DNA of 53,589 nt. Origin: Flavobacteriales bacterium (GTDB lineage: Bacteria; Bacteroidota; Bacteroidia; CAIKAF01). Shown here one piece after another: positions 20,763 through 30,232 of the stretch. The notes under the pieces are model-generated. The model was not told the origin of the DNA. It ran no database searches and worked only from the letters and a program-made list of their open reading frames with translations. Where the stretch lies: assembly GCA_025451295.1 (NCBI GenBank), contig JANWKQ010000126.1:1-53589 (forward strand), written 5' to 3'. The translations under genes and the position numbers were made by a program. Numbering within the stretch: the stretch's first letter is position 1; each line of letters starts with the position of its first letter.

Positions 20763-20793
20763 GAGGACGCATAATTCTGCGTCCTTTTTTTTT
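20763..20793 (+). terminator. Rho-independent terminator
   Basis: aggacgca-taattc-tgcgtcct followed by T-run. Confidence 0.85.
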
Positions 20794-20818
20794 GAAAAAT
20801 AGAATAGAGATGGTAGAT

Positions 20819-21622
20819 TTAATTCTCCCACTTCAGGGTGACATAATATCCCGAATGACTTCTCAAATTCATCACATCCCCATTTTCGAAAAGAAGATAT
20901 TGACCTTTAATACCTTTTAACACCCCTGTTACAGTGGGTGATTTATCCAGATTGGTTGAATTTATTTTTTCAAGGGCCAAACCAATCGGGTATTCTATTT
21001 TAACCACTTCATCCTCTTCCAATACATATGCCTTTAATTCTTCGGGAAGTAAATCTTTGGCCTTTTGTTTTTCTGCGATGAGATCGGCATCCATTCTTAC
21101 ATCTTTCAGCATTTGCTGCCAATTGGTTTTATCACTCAGATATTTTTTTAATTCCACCTCGATCTGTCCTGCCAGTTTTCTATAGGGAACTTTGGCGAGG
21201 ATAATAGCCTGCCAGGCCCCTTGATCGATCCATCTTGTAGGGATCTGTGTTGATCTGGTGACACCTACTTTTACTCCACCTGATTCTGCCAGGTATATAT
21301 AATGTGTTTGTACATGATGATCATATTCCCATTGCGGATCACGTCCTTTACCTAAATGGCCTTCACAAACTTCGGGTCTCAAAATGCAATCTGAATTTTC
21401 GGCAGATTCGCTGAAGCATTTAAAACAAAATCCCTGTCCAAATGCTTTTTTGGTGAGCTTGCCACAGCTAATGCAGTTGATGCGACCTGTAAATATGAGT
21501 TGAATGTTTTTTCCGATCAGCTCATTCATGGGAATTTTTTCCTCCTGCAGATCCAAAAAATATTGAACAGGAGCAGTTCCCACTGTACTCATTTTTTCTA
21601 TATTTCCTTCGAAAGCAGGCAT
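20819..21622 (-). CDS. DUF2797 domain protein (Cys-rich, probably Zn-binding)
   Basis: CISCG...GQGFCFKC, H-x-IYLA, KVGVTR...PTRWIDQGA, DKTNW, GIKGQYL. Confidence 0.85.
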   Translation of the reverse strand: MPAFEGNIEKMSTVGTAPVQYFLDLQEEKIPMNELIGKNIQLIFTGRINCISCGKLTKKAFGQGFCFKCFSESAENSDCILRPEVCEGHLGKGRDPQWEYDHHVQTHYIYLAESGGVKVGVTRSTQIPTRWIDQGAWQAIILAKVPYRKLAGQIEVELKKYLSDKTNWQQMLKDVRMDADLIAEKQKAKDLLPEELKAYVLEEDEVVKIEYPIGLALEKINSTNLDKSPTVTGVLKGIKGQYLLFENGDVMNLRSHSGYYVTLKWEN

Positions 21623-21700
21623 GGATAATTTTTACGTAAATATACAGGATTTTAAAACAGTCAGGATGAACCTGGCAATTGATGTGAGAAATTTTTGGTA

Positions 21701-22075
21701 TTAGAATGAGCTCATTTTGGGAGCAATCACTATATATAATTTGAAGGTACGTGATGCACCCTCAAAATCAATTTTCACCAGATAGAGTCCTGTACTTGCT
21801 TCTTCTCCATCGTCTTTTTTCAAATCCCAGTCCCAGTATCCACGGTCATCCACGGTCGCCATTCTAATTAATACGTTGTTGAGGGTGAATATTTGTACGG
21901 TTACAGGCTTATAAGGAAGATTATTGATCCGCACAAAATGATCCCCGCTTTCACCATCATAATAAGGATTTGGATCAGCCTTTACCAATTCAAGTTGCAT
22001 CAACGGAGTCTGCGCATGAAGAAACCCGAATCCTGCGATCCATATGCAGAGGGTGATAAGGATTTTCTTTTGCAT
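21701..22075 (-). CDS. Small exported protein, essentially one FlgD-Ig / T9SS-CTD-like domain
   Basis: Signal peptide; DPNPY, VQIFTLNNVLIR, WDWDL, STGLYLV, TFKLYIV. Confidence 0.7.
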   Translation of the reverse strand: MQKKILITLCIWIAGFGFLHAQTPLMQLELVKADPNPYYDGESGDHFVRINNLPYKPVTVQIFTLNNVLIRMATVDDRGYWDWDLKKDDGEEASTGLYLVKIDFEGASRTFKLYIVIAPKMSSF

Positions 22076-22143
22076 GTGTAAATCTATCCTTTACCGGATA
22101 AAATTCCAAAGACTTAATTTTTGATTTATCGCCACCAATAAAT

Positions 22144-22180
22144 AAAAAAGCTGCCCAGTTGGTTCAAGGCAGCTTCTTTT
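22144..22180 (-). terminator. Rho-independent terminator (possibly bidirectional)
   Basis: aagctgcc(22148-55)/ggcagctt(22168-75) stem with A-run on one side and T-rich run on the other. Confidence 0.8.
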
Positions 22181-22226
22181 ATGTGAATGGGTCCTACCGG
22201 CTTAACCTCCGGTTGATCCAGATTGG

Positions 22227-23063
22227 TTAGGAATTAATAAATAATTTTCTGCTGAATTGCTGGGTAGCCGTTTTAATATTCAGGATATACAGTCCACCGT
22301 TTAATGAGGTTACCGGAAGCATATATGAATTCTGGAAATAAGTAACCGAAGTGGCCACTACTTTTCCTGACAGATCCAGCAACTCGATCGTGGCTTCTTC
22401 ATTCAATTCAGTGGTAGTATTGATCTGGATGTTTCCAGGTGTAGTGATGATATTCAATCCTACGTTTGATTCATCTTCAATAGAAGCAGTTTCAAGCACT
22501 TTGAATTGAAGGTCATCAAAAACAAATTTCATCGGCATATCTCCACCCATTGGATTTTCATAACCATGAATAGAAATAGTATGATTGCCTGCATCAATGT
22601 GACCAAGTGGCAATATGATCTGCTCATAAGTTGCTGATGAATTCACTATATAATGCGGATTGATTGACCAGATTACAGTTCCATCCAGAGAAATGGAGAT
22701 TTCGCTGCCTGGATCAACACTTGGACTGATATAGCGTACATAAAAATCTAATTTAGCATGACCTGCGGTTCCTACAAAAAACTCCTGGGCAATTTCTCCT
22801 TCATATAATCCAGCGGGATCCTGATAACCTCCGATATAAGCAAAGTACATTCCGCTGTTGGCGACAATATTTTGCTTGTCAAAAAATGGTTCATTTTGGT
22901 TGGCGATGATCGCGTTACCCGTATTGGTCTGACTTACCCATCCAATACTTTGCCAGTTGGTGGTTTCAAAATCATAGTTATTAAGCAATGAATTTGAGCT
23001 TTGAGAGTGTATGGTTGCTGTTAAGACAACAAACAAGCTGAGTAGGGTAGTCGTTTTAATCAC
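22227..23063 (-). CDS. T9SS type A sorting domain protein with jelly-roll/CBM-like N-terminal domain
   Basis: Signal peptide, NYDFET...FDDLQF beta-sandwich pattern, CTD LDLSGKVV...GGLYIL...SRKLFIN. Confidence 0.78.
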   Translation of the reverse strand: MIKTTTLLSLFVVLTATIHSQSSNSLLNNYDFETTNWQSIGWVSQTNTGNAIIANQNEPFFDKQNIVANSGMYFAYIGGYQDPAGLYEGEIAQEFFVGTAGHAKLDFYVRYISPSVDPGSEISISLDGTVIWSINPHYIVNSSATYEQIILPLGHIDAGNHTISIHGYENPMGGDMPMKFVFDDLQFKVLETASIEDESNVGLNIITTPGNIQINTTTELNEEATIELLDLSGKVVATSVTYFQNSYMLPVTSLNGGLYILNIKTATQQFSRKLFINS

Positions 23064-23172
23064 TTTTTAATTTTTTTAAATTTCGGGCAAAGGTGGGGTT
23101 TATTATTTCCAATAGCAACCTGGACCTAGTATTGGATCATTATGAATTAGTATTAAACCTACTAAACCGATA

Positions 23173-24027
23173 TTAGGTGGATTTTGACCTGGCGATTTGC
23201 CGGGTATAAATAAAATTGAGAATTATGCCAAAAACGATGAGAATCATACCAACTATGCTGAGAATTGGATAGGTCTCATGAAAAATAAAGTAACCCAGCA
23301 ACAAGGAAAAGAGGATCCCGGCATACTGAAGATTCACAATTCCTCCGGCTTTTTCCTGTTGTAAGGCAATGGTCATAAAGGTCTGACCTAACTGGGCGAA
23401 AGCTCCGCTTAAAAGCAGGTACACGAGTTCCCGGGTAGTTGGGATCATAAAATCAAAGCAGGCTCCGATCAGAACAAATGGAAAAGCCACCAGTGGAAAA
23501 TAAAATACCACCACCATAGGATGTTCGCTTGAACCGGTTTTACGGATCATATTATACGCCAGACCTGAAAAAAAGGCAGACGTAATGCCTGCAGCCAACG
23601 CCAGTAAACTTATCCGCGGATCAAACCGGGTGATAAAAATCACCCCAATAAATGAAATCAGAAAAAAAAGATACTGTGTTAACCGGGTTTTTTCTTTAAC
23701 AATAAAGGTGGCAAGGATGATTGTAAAAATGGGAGACAAATATTGGATGGTTACGGCACCTGCCAATGGGATCCTTTGTAATGAGTAAAAAAACGCGGTA
23801 AGACTGATCATGCCGAAAAGACCACGCAGAATGAGAGCCTTTTTATTGTTACCCCAGATGGGTTGTTTGATGATCTTTAGATGTGTATAGCTGGCAACCA
23901 ATGATACGGCACATCTGGCCAAAACAATTTCCATTAAAGGAAAATGGGACAAGGATTTTACACAAACATTCATGAGGGCAAAAAAGAACGTGGAAATGAC
24001 CAGGTATTTTGCCCCTTTAGAGATCAT
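23173..24027 (-). CDS. DMT/EamA family transporter
   Basis: About 10 TM segments; LILRGLFG, YLSPIF; two EamA repeats. Confidence 0.9.
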   Translation of the reverse strand: MISKGAKYLVISTFFFALMNVCVKSLSHFPLMEIVLARCAVSLVASYTHLKIIKQPIWGNNKKALILRGLFGMISLTAFFYSLQRIPLAGAVTIQYLSPIFTIILATFIVKEKTRLTQYLFFLISFIGVIFITRFDPRISLLALAAGITSAFFSGLAYNMIRKTGSSEHPMVVVFYFPLVAFPFVLIGACFDFMIPTTRELVYLLLSGAFAQLGQTFMTIALQQEKAGGIVNLQYAGILFSLLLGYFIFHETYPILSIVGMILIVFGIILNFIYTRQIARSKST

Positions 24028-24073
24028 CTGTAAATAGATGCGGGGTTGTTAAATGAAATGCAGATGTATTGCA

Positions 24074-25990
24074 TTATTTTTTTGTTTTAGCAGTTGGTGC
24101 CGATTTTTGTGGTGGTTTTTTTCTTGCATCCACTTTAGCCTTAATAAACCTGGCTGTTTCGAGTATTCCTAACGCAATCACTAAAGAATAGAGTGGAAAT
24201 ATCGGGGTCATATATCGGGGCCAGTCCTGCCATACAAAGTCGACATTTCCGTAGACAATAAAAATAAAGCTCACTAATAAAATACCATAGGTATAGAATT
24301 GTTTTTTCTCTTTCCATTGTTTCCAGGCAAGCACCATGCAGAATATAAGTCCCAGAACAGCCATCAATCCATCCAGGAAATTATATTTTACTTTTATGAG
24401 ACTACCAAACGTGCCATAAAAACGATCCGGTGCTTCCGGATCTACCCAGGCGATCCTTTTTAAAACAAGACTAAAAGCACTTGGCCAGTTATGCTTTACA
24501 TCTACCCAATTCACAAAAACAGTTTTGGGTTGAAAATTGGGACTCAGTTTTATGAGATCTTTTTCCATTTTTGTTACATCCCTTACATACTTGTCGGATC
24601 GTTTCAAATGAAATTGATCTTCACTGAGTGAATTGTTTCTTACTTCATCATTATAATTTTTTCCAATCTGGTTCAGCTGGTTATACACATTCATCAGCGC
24701 TTGCTGGTCAATACCCGGTTGTTTTGAAATAGTCATGATCTCAGCATTGACTGCTTTTAACCGGTCGGTGATCTGGTTACTCGTAAATATTCTGGCCCTC
24801 CGGTCGAAATAATCATCAATGGAGGCCCGCATCGCAGCAATTTTTTGTTTGGGTTGACCTTGCACCTGTGGATTCAACCTGATGAAAATGAAAAGTGCAA
24901 TGATACCAGTAAGCGCCCCAGCTACAATCGTTTTTAAAAGGGGTGTAAATCTTTCAACGGGTTTTAAATTTTTTAATTTCCATCCTTTAAACAATGCGAT
25001 CAGACAAAGGATGGCAAAAATCGCGGCTTCGGTAAGGATTACCATACCTGCATTTAATTTACTGCTGAGGGCAAATGCGGAGACTATTCCGGATCCAACT
25101 CCCCAAAGAATAATTTTCCACCATTTATCATTCTTCAAAATGGATTTGATGGTCCACATCATCATTAAAAATGCGATGGCAGAAAAGCAGACAGCGAATG
25201 AATCAAGGCCCACCATACAATTGATTACGATAAAAGTTTTGTTGAGGGTGAGCCAGGTGCCGGCTAAAAAACCTACCCAGAAATTAAAGAACAACCAACC
25301 TGTTAAAAATACGGCTGCGATCGTAAAGATTGTCATGATAGCGTTGGGCTGTCGTGCAAGCCGTTCATATTCTATCGGTGCATAAGAATAAGGTGCCGGG
25401 GATGGACTCGTCGAGGGTTCATATTTACCAGAGTCAGGATTGCTTAGATTGGTAGGCACAACGAATTCAAAATATCCTTTGGGATCAGGTTTTGTTTTTG
25501 CAAAAGTCTGGACCCACCATCCCATAATATATTTTCCAAAGTTAGGGGCTTTCCATCCAAATGTCCACATGGCCCTGTCGAACCATTGAAATTCTTTTCT
25601 GGGAAAAATGGCGGTGTCATATTGAACAGCCAGCATATACTGACTCTTTTTTGTGTTGATGGTTACCTGGTCCCACGGAAAGTGAATGGTATCCGGCTTA
25701 TATTGAATGCCCATGGCTCCATATACCAGTGAATCACCGGTAAATGCATGTACACCTTTTTGCCAGGCATAGGTTGGGAACCAGTTATCAAGCTCTTTAG
25801 TTGGACGAACATAATTTTTAAAATACATATGATAACTGGATATGGAAGCTGAGGTCCACATTTGTTCATCATAACCATTGGGCTTATTTGTATCAGAAAA
25901 AGGGATCCGCTGAAAACTGCGAATAGATGCAATGATGATGATCACAGCAAACAAACCAATATGCACATATTTATTCTGGAGAAATTTCAT
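24074..25990 (-). CDS. Multi-pass GT-C fold glycosyltransferase (PMT/ArnT-like)
   Basis: Start reassigned to ATG 25990 (MKFLQNK); first TM then YDE acidic motif, APNFGKY, ARQPN, SSKLNA, PRYMTP. Confidence 0.7.
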   Translation of the reverse strand: MKFLQNKYVHIGLFAVIIIIASIRSFQRIPFSDTNKPNGYDEQMWTSASISSYHMYFKNYVRPTKELDNWFPTYAWQKGVHAFTGDSLVYGAMGIQYKPDTIHFPWDQVTINTKKSQYMLAVQYDTAIFPRKEFQWFDRAMWTFGWKAPNFGKYIMGWWVQTFAKTKPDPKGYFEFVVPTNLSNPDSGKYEPSTSPSPAPYSYAPIEYERLARQPNAIMTIFTIAAVFLTGWLFFNFWVGFLAGTWLTLNKTFIVINCMVGLDSFAVCFSAIAFLMMMWTIKSILKNDKWWKIILWGVGSGIVSAFALSSKLNAGMVILTEAAIFAILCLIALFKGWKLKNLKPVERFTPLLKTIVAGALTGIIALFIFIRLNPQVQGQPKQKIAAMRASIDDYFDRRARIFTSNQITDRLKAVNAEIMTISKQPGIDQQALMNVYNQLNQIGKNYNDEVRNNSLSEDQFHLKRSDKYVRDVTKMEKDLIKLSPNFQPKTVFVNWVDVKHNWPSAFSLVLKRIAWVDPEAPDRFYGTFGSLIKVKYNFLDGLMAVLGLIFCMVLAWKQWKEKKQFYTYGILLVSFIFIVYGNVDFVWQDWPRYMTPIFPLYSLVIALGILETARFIKAKVDARKKPPQKSAPTAKTKK

Positions 25991-26068
25991 CCTTTCCTGA
26001 TGTAATCCTACAAAAATAAGATAATCTGTTAAAAACCAGTCGGGTATTTTGTTTAATTTTACACTCCA

Positions 26069-26989
26069 ATGTCTGCGCCATTTAAGATATCGGTGGTTAT
26101 TTGCACTTACAACCGCGAAAAATATATTCGCCATGCATTGGATGCATTGGTTTTGCAAACATTGCCAGCTTCCTTGTTTGAAATTATTGTTGTGAATAAT
26201 AACAGTACAGATAGGTCTGAAGAAGAGATCCTCGCTTTCAGAAATGATCACCCGGAATTAAATTTCATTTATGTGACAGAAACCGATCAGGGGCTTTCTT
26301 TTTCCCGCAACAAGGGTGTTCATGAATCCAATGGTGAGTTGATCACCTTTCTCGATGATGATGCAATCGCCGTACCAGATTTTTTAAAAAAATGTGTGGA
26401 CTATTCAGAGAAATTTCCGGAACTCATTGCATTTGGCGGAAAGATCATTCCACGTTTTGTGGATGGAAAACCGAAGTGGTATACACGTTATTACTGGGGT
26501 GTTACGGGCCAGTTCGATCTGGGTGATGAAACCTTTAAGATTTTATATCATGGGAAATTCCCCTGCGGCTCCAATATGACTTATAAAAGAAGTTTTTTTG
26601 ACCGGTATGGATATTTCAATACAAATTTGGGTCGCAAAGGAGCCATCTTACTAGCCGGTGAAGAAAAAGAATTGTTTTCAAGGGTAAGGGCAGAGGATAA
26701 AGACAAAGTAATGTACTTTCCTGATCTGCATGTAGAGCATTGTGTGGATAATAGTAAACTCAATCCGGTTTATCTAAAAAAATTCTGTTACGGTTTTGCA
26801 AAAGGTGAAAAGCTGGAAGTGGAAAATGCCTCACTCGGTAAAAAACTGGGTCGCTATCTCGAATTTACAGCCAAGGCCTATGGTGCAATGTTCCTGGGTC
26901 AACTCTATTTTCTAACAGGCCGTTTTTCAAAGGGCTGGATGTTGTTTCGTTTTGGATGGTGGATCTGGGTAGGGTTGTGGTTTAAATAG
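26069..26989 (+). CDS. GT2 family glycosyltransferase
   Basis: SVVICTYNR, NNSTD, GLSFSRNKG, FLDDD, GSNM, GEEKEL. Confidence 0.93.
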   Translation: MSAPFKISVVICTYNREKYIRHALDALVLQTLPASLFEIIVVNNNSTDRSEEEILAFRNDHPELNFIYVTETDQGLSFSRNKGVHESNGELITFLDDDAIAVPDFLKKCVDYSEKFPELIAFGGKIIPRFVDGKPKWYTRYYWGVTGQFDLGDETFKILYHGKFPCGSNMTYKRSFFDRYGYFNTNLGRKGAILLAGEEKELFSRVRAEDKDKVMYFPDLHVEHCVDNSKLNPVYLKKFCYGFAKGEKLEVENASLGKKLGRYLEFTAKAYGAMFLGQLYFLTGRFSKGWMLFRFGWWIWVGLWFK

Positions 26990-27056
26990 ATTTTTATGCC
27001 TCGTTTCCCCTTGCTCTTTTTCGTCAAGCTAAACTTCCCCCCAGAGGAAAATCGTC

Positions 27057-28445
27057 CTATTGATAAACCAATTGATAGTTGATGGTAAACGGAGCCTCTT
27101 TATGATCATAATGAACCGTTTTTACCTGGGTAACCGAAATCTTTAAATATTTTTTTACATCCTCCTGTTCTTTTTTACTCAGGCGACTGTCTTCACAAAT
27201 AATTTCATGATTGGTAGGATTTTTTACATGCATGCCCCATTCGATATTTGGATATTTTTTGAGCAGCTTGGCAATTTTTCCATTAGGGGCCAGGGTTATT
27301 GTGATCACCGGTTTCACGATCCCGTCAGGAAAAAGATCGAGGGCTACCAGCTTTTCAATGGGAGCCTCAATAATTTCCTGGGATACAATAATATCTTCTT
27401 TGTTCTTGAACTGTTCGGTTCCGGTAATTTTTCCTTTTGGGCTATACATATACCAGGTGCCGATTTGTTCATTGTGAAAATAATGTCCTTTTTTAGAAAG
27501 CTTTCCATTTTCGTATTCTTCATATTCACCGGTAAGTTTGCTAAAGGCATAGTTGGCTACTTTGGCTTTGCGACCCAGTGAATCAAATTCCATATAAGTG
27601 CCTTCGAAGTAAGATGAATCATTGTCCCAACGTTCCTTTAAAAAATATTTGGAACGGAGCGTAAGTTTGCTGTCATATTCATGTATTGAATGCTTCTCAG
27701 CAAAAGGATCAGATTTTGAATACACAGAACTGATCTTTCCGTCAAATGAATAGGTAACGATGCTATCCACTTTTTCTGATCTGAATTTTTCTTCGGTAAG
27801 CATTCCGGTGGCATCATATTGTTTCCATACCCCGGCTGGTTTACCCTCCTTATAGATCTCAATATCTGCATTAGGATTGGTACAATTGAGCCAGCTGGTG
27901 TCATTCAATATTCCGTTTAAATAGGTTCTTATGTTTAATACCGAGCCAACACTATCATAGTCATATTGCTTACCAACTTTCCTCCCCGATTCATATGTAT
28001 ATCTGGATTTCAAAATATCCGGATTAGAGGAATAGTAAACCCTTTCTATTCCATGTCTTTCGCCCCTTAAGGCCGCATTGGGTTTTAAGGAAGGTTCAAC
28101 ATTATCGGTATTATTGGTACAACAGGTTTTTTTAAAATTGACGGTTCTCACTATACGTCCTTGATCATACCAGATGGCTGAATCCACCAAATGGGTTCCC
28201 TCCATGGTTCCTTTAAATATCACTTCAGTGGTTTTTGTATTTGTAAGGATAAGCGGACCTTTTAATTCTGCATTTCCATCCAATGTAAAAGCAAGATCTC
28301 TTTTATGAGTTGCATCTGCAAACAGGTTATGGCTTCCAACATTTACATCGATTGAGGTGCAAACGGCCTGAATAGCAGGTTGCGCTTTTTGCGCAAACAG
28401 AGCGGAGGAAAAAATGAAGATAAAAAAAATTAAATATTTTTTCAT
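27057..28445 (-). CDS. Exported MORN-variant / YwqK-like repeat protein (paralogue B)
   Basis: ATG 28445 signal peptide; repeats HGIERVYY, VGKQYDYD, AGVWKQYD, IGTWYMYS. Confidence 0.8.
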   Translation of the reverse strand: MKKYLIFFIFIFSSALFAQKAQPAIQAVCTSIDVNVGSHNLFADATHKRDLAFTLDGNAELKGPLILTNTKTTEVIFKGTMEGTHLVDSAIWYDQGRIVRTVNFKKTCCTNNTDNVEPSLKPNAALRGERHGIERVYYSSNPDILKSRYTYESGRKVGKQYDYDSVGSVLNIRTYLNGILNDTSWLNCTNPNADIEIYKEGKPAGVWKQYDATGMLTEEKFRSEKVDSIVTYSFDGKISSVYSKSDPFAEKHSIHEYDSKLTLRSKYFLKERWDNDSSYFEGTYMEFDSLGRKAKVANYAFSKLTGEYEEYENGKLSKKGHYFHNEQIGTWYMYSPKGKITGTEQFKNKEDIIVSQEIIEAPIEKLVALDLFPDGIVKPVITITLAPNGKIAKLLKKYPNIEWGMHVKNPTNHEIICEDSRLSKKEQEDVKKYLKISVTQVKTVHYDHKEAPFTINYQLVYQ

Positions 28446-28512
28446 GATGTAAAAAGGATTAGTGCTCAAATGAAAGCCGTCGAAAGTAAAAAAAAAATCG
28501 AATATTTGGCAG

Positions 28513-28606
28513 GGAGGTTGAAAATTATGGAATAACTTACAAGGGGTAAGTGAAAGAAAATATTAACCTAATAATATTGGTATTAAATTCCTTCAGTTCA
28601 ACCTCC
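28513..28606. repeat. Intergenic inverted-repeat / multibranch structure
   Basis: ggaggttgaa(28513-22)/ttcaacctcc(28597-606), with inner ggaat/attcc, cttac/gtaag and aatatta/taatatt stems. Confidence 0.45.
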
Positions 28607-28656
28607 AATCTCCATCATATCCCGATGGTTGTCATGAAGTTTTTAGAATATTGCTG

Positions 28657-29973
28657 TTATTTAAACACCAGCTTATAATGGGTAATGAAATTCACCTCCT
28701 TGTGGCTATAACGAACCCCTTTAACAGTTGAAATACAGGAGGTAATATAGTTGATCACATCCGTTCTTTCGTTTTCGGTAATGGTCTCTTCGTTGCATAT
28801 AACCTGGTAGTCTGTTGCTGATTTTACATCCAGTGACCAATTGATCTCTTGTGTTTTTTTAAATAGCTTTTCAATTTTACCATTGGACCCGAATGTCATG
28901 GTAATGGTTGCCTTGGAAAGGGCCGGTGGAAAAAGATCTACGGCCACCACCGCATTGGTAACCTGCAGAACCTCTTTTTGATTGGCCATTGCCTCATCAC
29001 GCGTCATAAATGTTTCAGACTTTGTTTCCCTCCCTTTTTTGTCATAGGTAGTCCAGATATCTATTTTTTGCCCCATATAGTATTCTCCTCTAAGGATCAG
29101 AATACCGTTGGTATATTCCTCATACATTCCATCCATCACTTCTCCAATGGTGTCTAATCTATCTTTGGCATAATATTGCTTTGTTAATTTATATTTTATG
29201 TCATATTCACGGTAGGTATACATACCACCCTCTGAAGAAGATTTACAAATGATGGTCTGTAGTTTTCCATCAGCTAAATATAGTAAGGTGCTATCGGTTC
29301 CGGTTAATTTATACGTAGCTTCGGTTAAAACACCCGTTGCGCTATACTTTTTCCAAACGCCGGTTGGGACACCATTGGTAAATATTTCAACATTGCCAAC
29401 CTTGTTCTGGCAGTTGGTCCAACTTGTGTCATGTAATTTATCGTCTTTAAAGTTTCTTATACTAACCAGGGCCCCATTTGAACTATATTCATACTGTTTA
29501 CCCTGCCTTTTGCCAGATTGATAATAGTTGATCTCTTTAACCACATTTGCCGGTTTTGAATAAAAAATCCTTTCCGGTCCATGTTTTTCTCCTTTAATAC
29601 TTGACAGAACTTTAGGTGTTGGGTCTACATAATTTGTTGGGGCCGAACAACATTTCTCCTTAAAGTTGACCACTTTGATAAGGTTGTTATTCTCATACCA
29701 CATAGCTGAATCAATAAGATAGTTGTCCTTCATTGTACCCTTAAAGATTATACCAGAGGTGGCGGCATCTTTAATAGTTATTTCGCCATTTAATTTTGCA
29801 TCTGCATCAATGGTGAATGTGAGGTCACATTTATGGACATTATCTGTAAAGTGATTTTTGGTTCCTTCGTTCACCGTGGTTGATACAAAGGTATTTTGAA
29901 GGGTAGGCTTTGACTTTTGAGCAAATAGCGTTAAGCTGTAAAAGGCAACGGTAAATAGTACAATATTTTTCAT
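28657..29973 (-). CDS. Exported MORN-variant / YwqK-like repeat protein (paralogue A)
   Basis: Signal peptide; colinear similarity to 27057-28445 (DSAxWY, VNFKxxCC, DTSWxNC, GVWKxY, DLFP). Confidence 0.8.
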   Translation of the reverse strand: MKNIVLFTVAFYSLTLFAQKSKPTLQNTFVSTTVNEGTKNHFTDNVHKCDLTFTIDADAKLNGEITIKDAATSGIIFKGTMKDNYLIDSAMWYENNNLIKVVNFKEKCCSAPTNYVDPTPKVLSSIKGEKHGPERIFYSKPANVVKEINYYQSGKRQGKQYEYSSNGALVSIRNFKDDKLHDTSWTNCQNKVGNVEIFTNGVPTGVWKKYSATGVLTEATYKLTGTDSTLLYLADGKLQTIICKSSSEGGMYTYREYDIKYKLTKQYYAKDRLDTIGEVMDGMYEEYTNGILILRGEYYMGQKIDIWTTYDKKGRETKSETFMTRDEAMANQKEVLQVTNAVVAVDLFPPALSKATITMTFGSNGKIEKLFKKTQEINWSLDVKSATDYQVICNEETITENERTDVINYITSCISTVKGVRYSHKEVNFITHYKLVFK

Positions 29974-30198
29974 GGTAGTATTAATTATAATGTGTTGGAG
30001 AATTGTGTCGAAAATATAAAAAAAAGCCTTTAGTGTATCATTCTGCTGACGAAAATGCAGAAAGTTTAAAGTTCCAGACCAAATGCTGGCGGAGCATCAG
30101 CCAGGCGCCCAAAGAAATTGATGAAAAAAAGTAAAAACGCCCGTTGGGGCGATCTTTTTAAAGATTCTGTGTACCAATCAAAATCCTCAAAAAAACCC

Positions 30199-30206
30199 TA
30201 TCTTTG
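30199..30206 (+). promoter_or_regulatory. -7 promoter element of ileS operon (TATCTTTG)
   Basis: Exact TAnnTTTG about 27 nt upstream of GTG 30233. Confidence 0.7.
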
Positions 30207-30232
30207 CACCTTTCAAGAAAAATGGCCCTGTC

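Noticed and set aside
25991-26251. N-terminal 87 aa of the 725-aa ORF
   Set aside because: Overlaps the divergent GT2 gene; ATG 25990 gives a sensible TM start.
30083-30152. GC-richer hairpins upstream of ileS as a T-box or attenuator
   Set aside because: No T-box consensus (AGGGTGGNACCGCG), and they lie upstream of the -7 element, so they are not in the leader.
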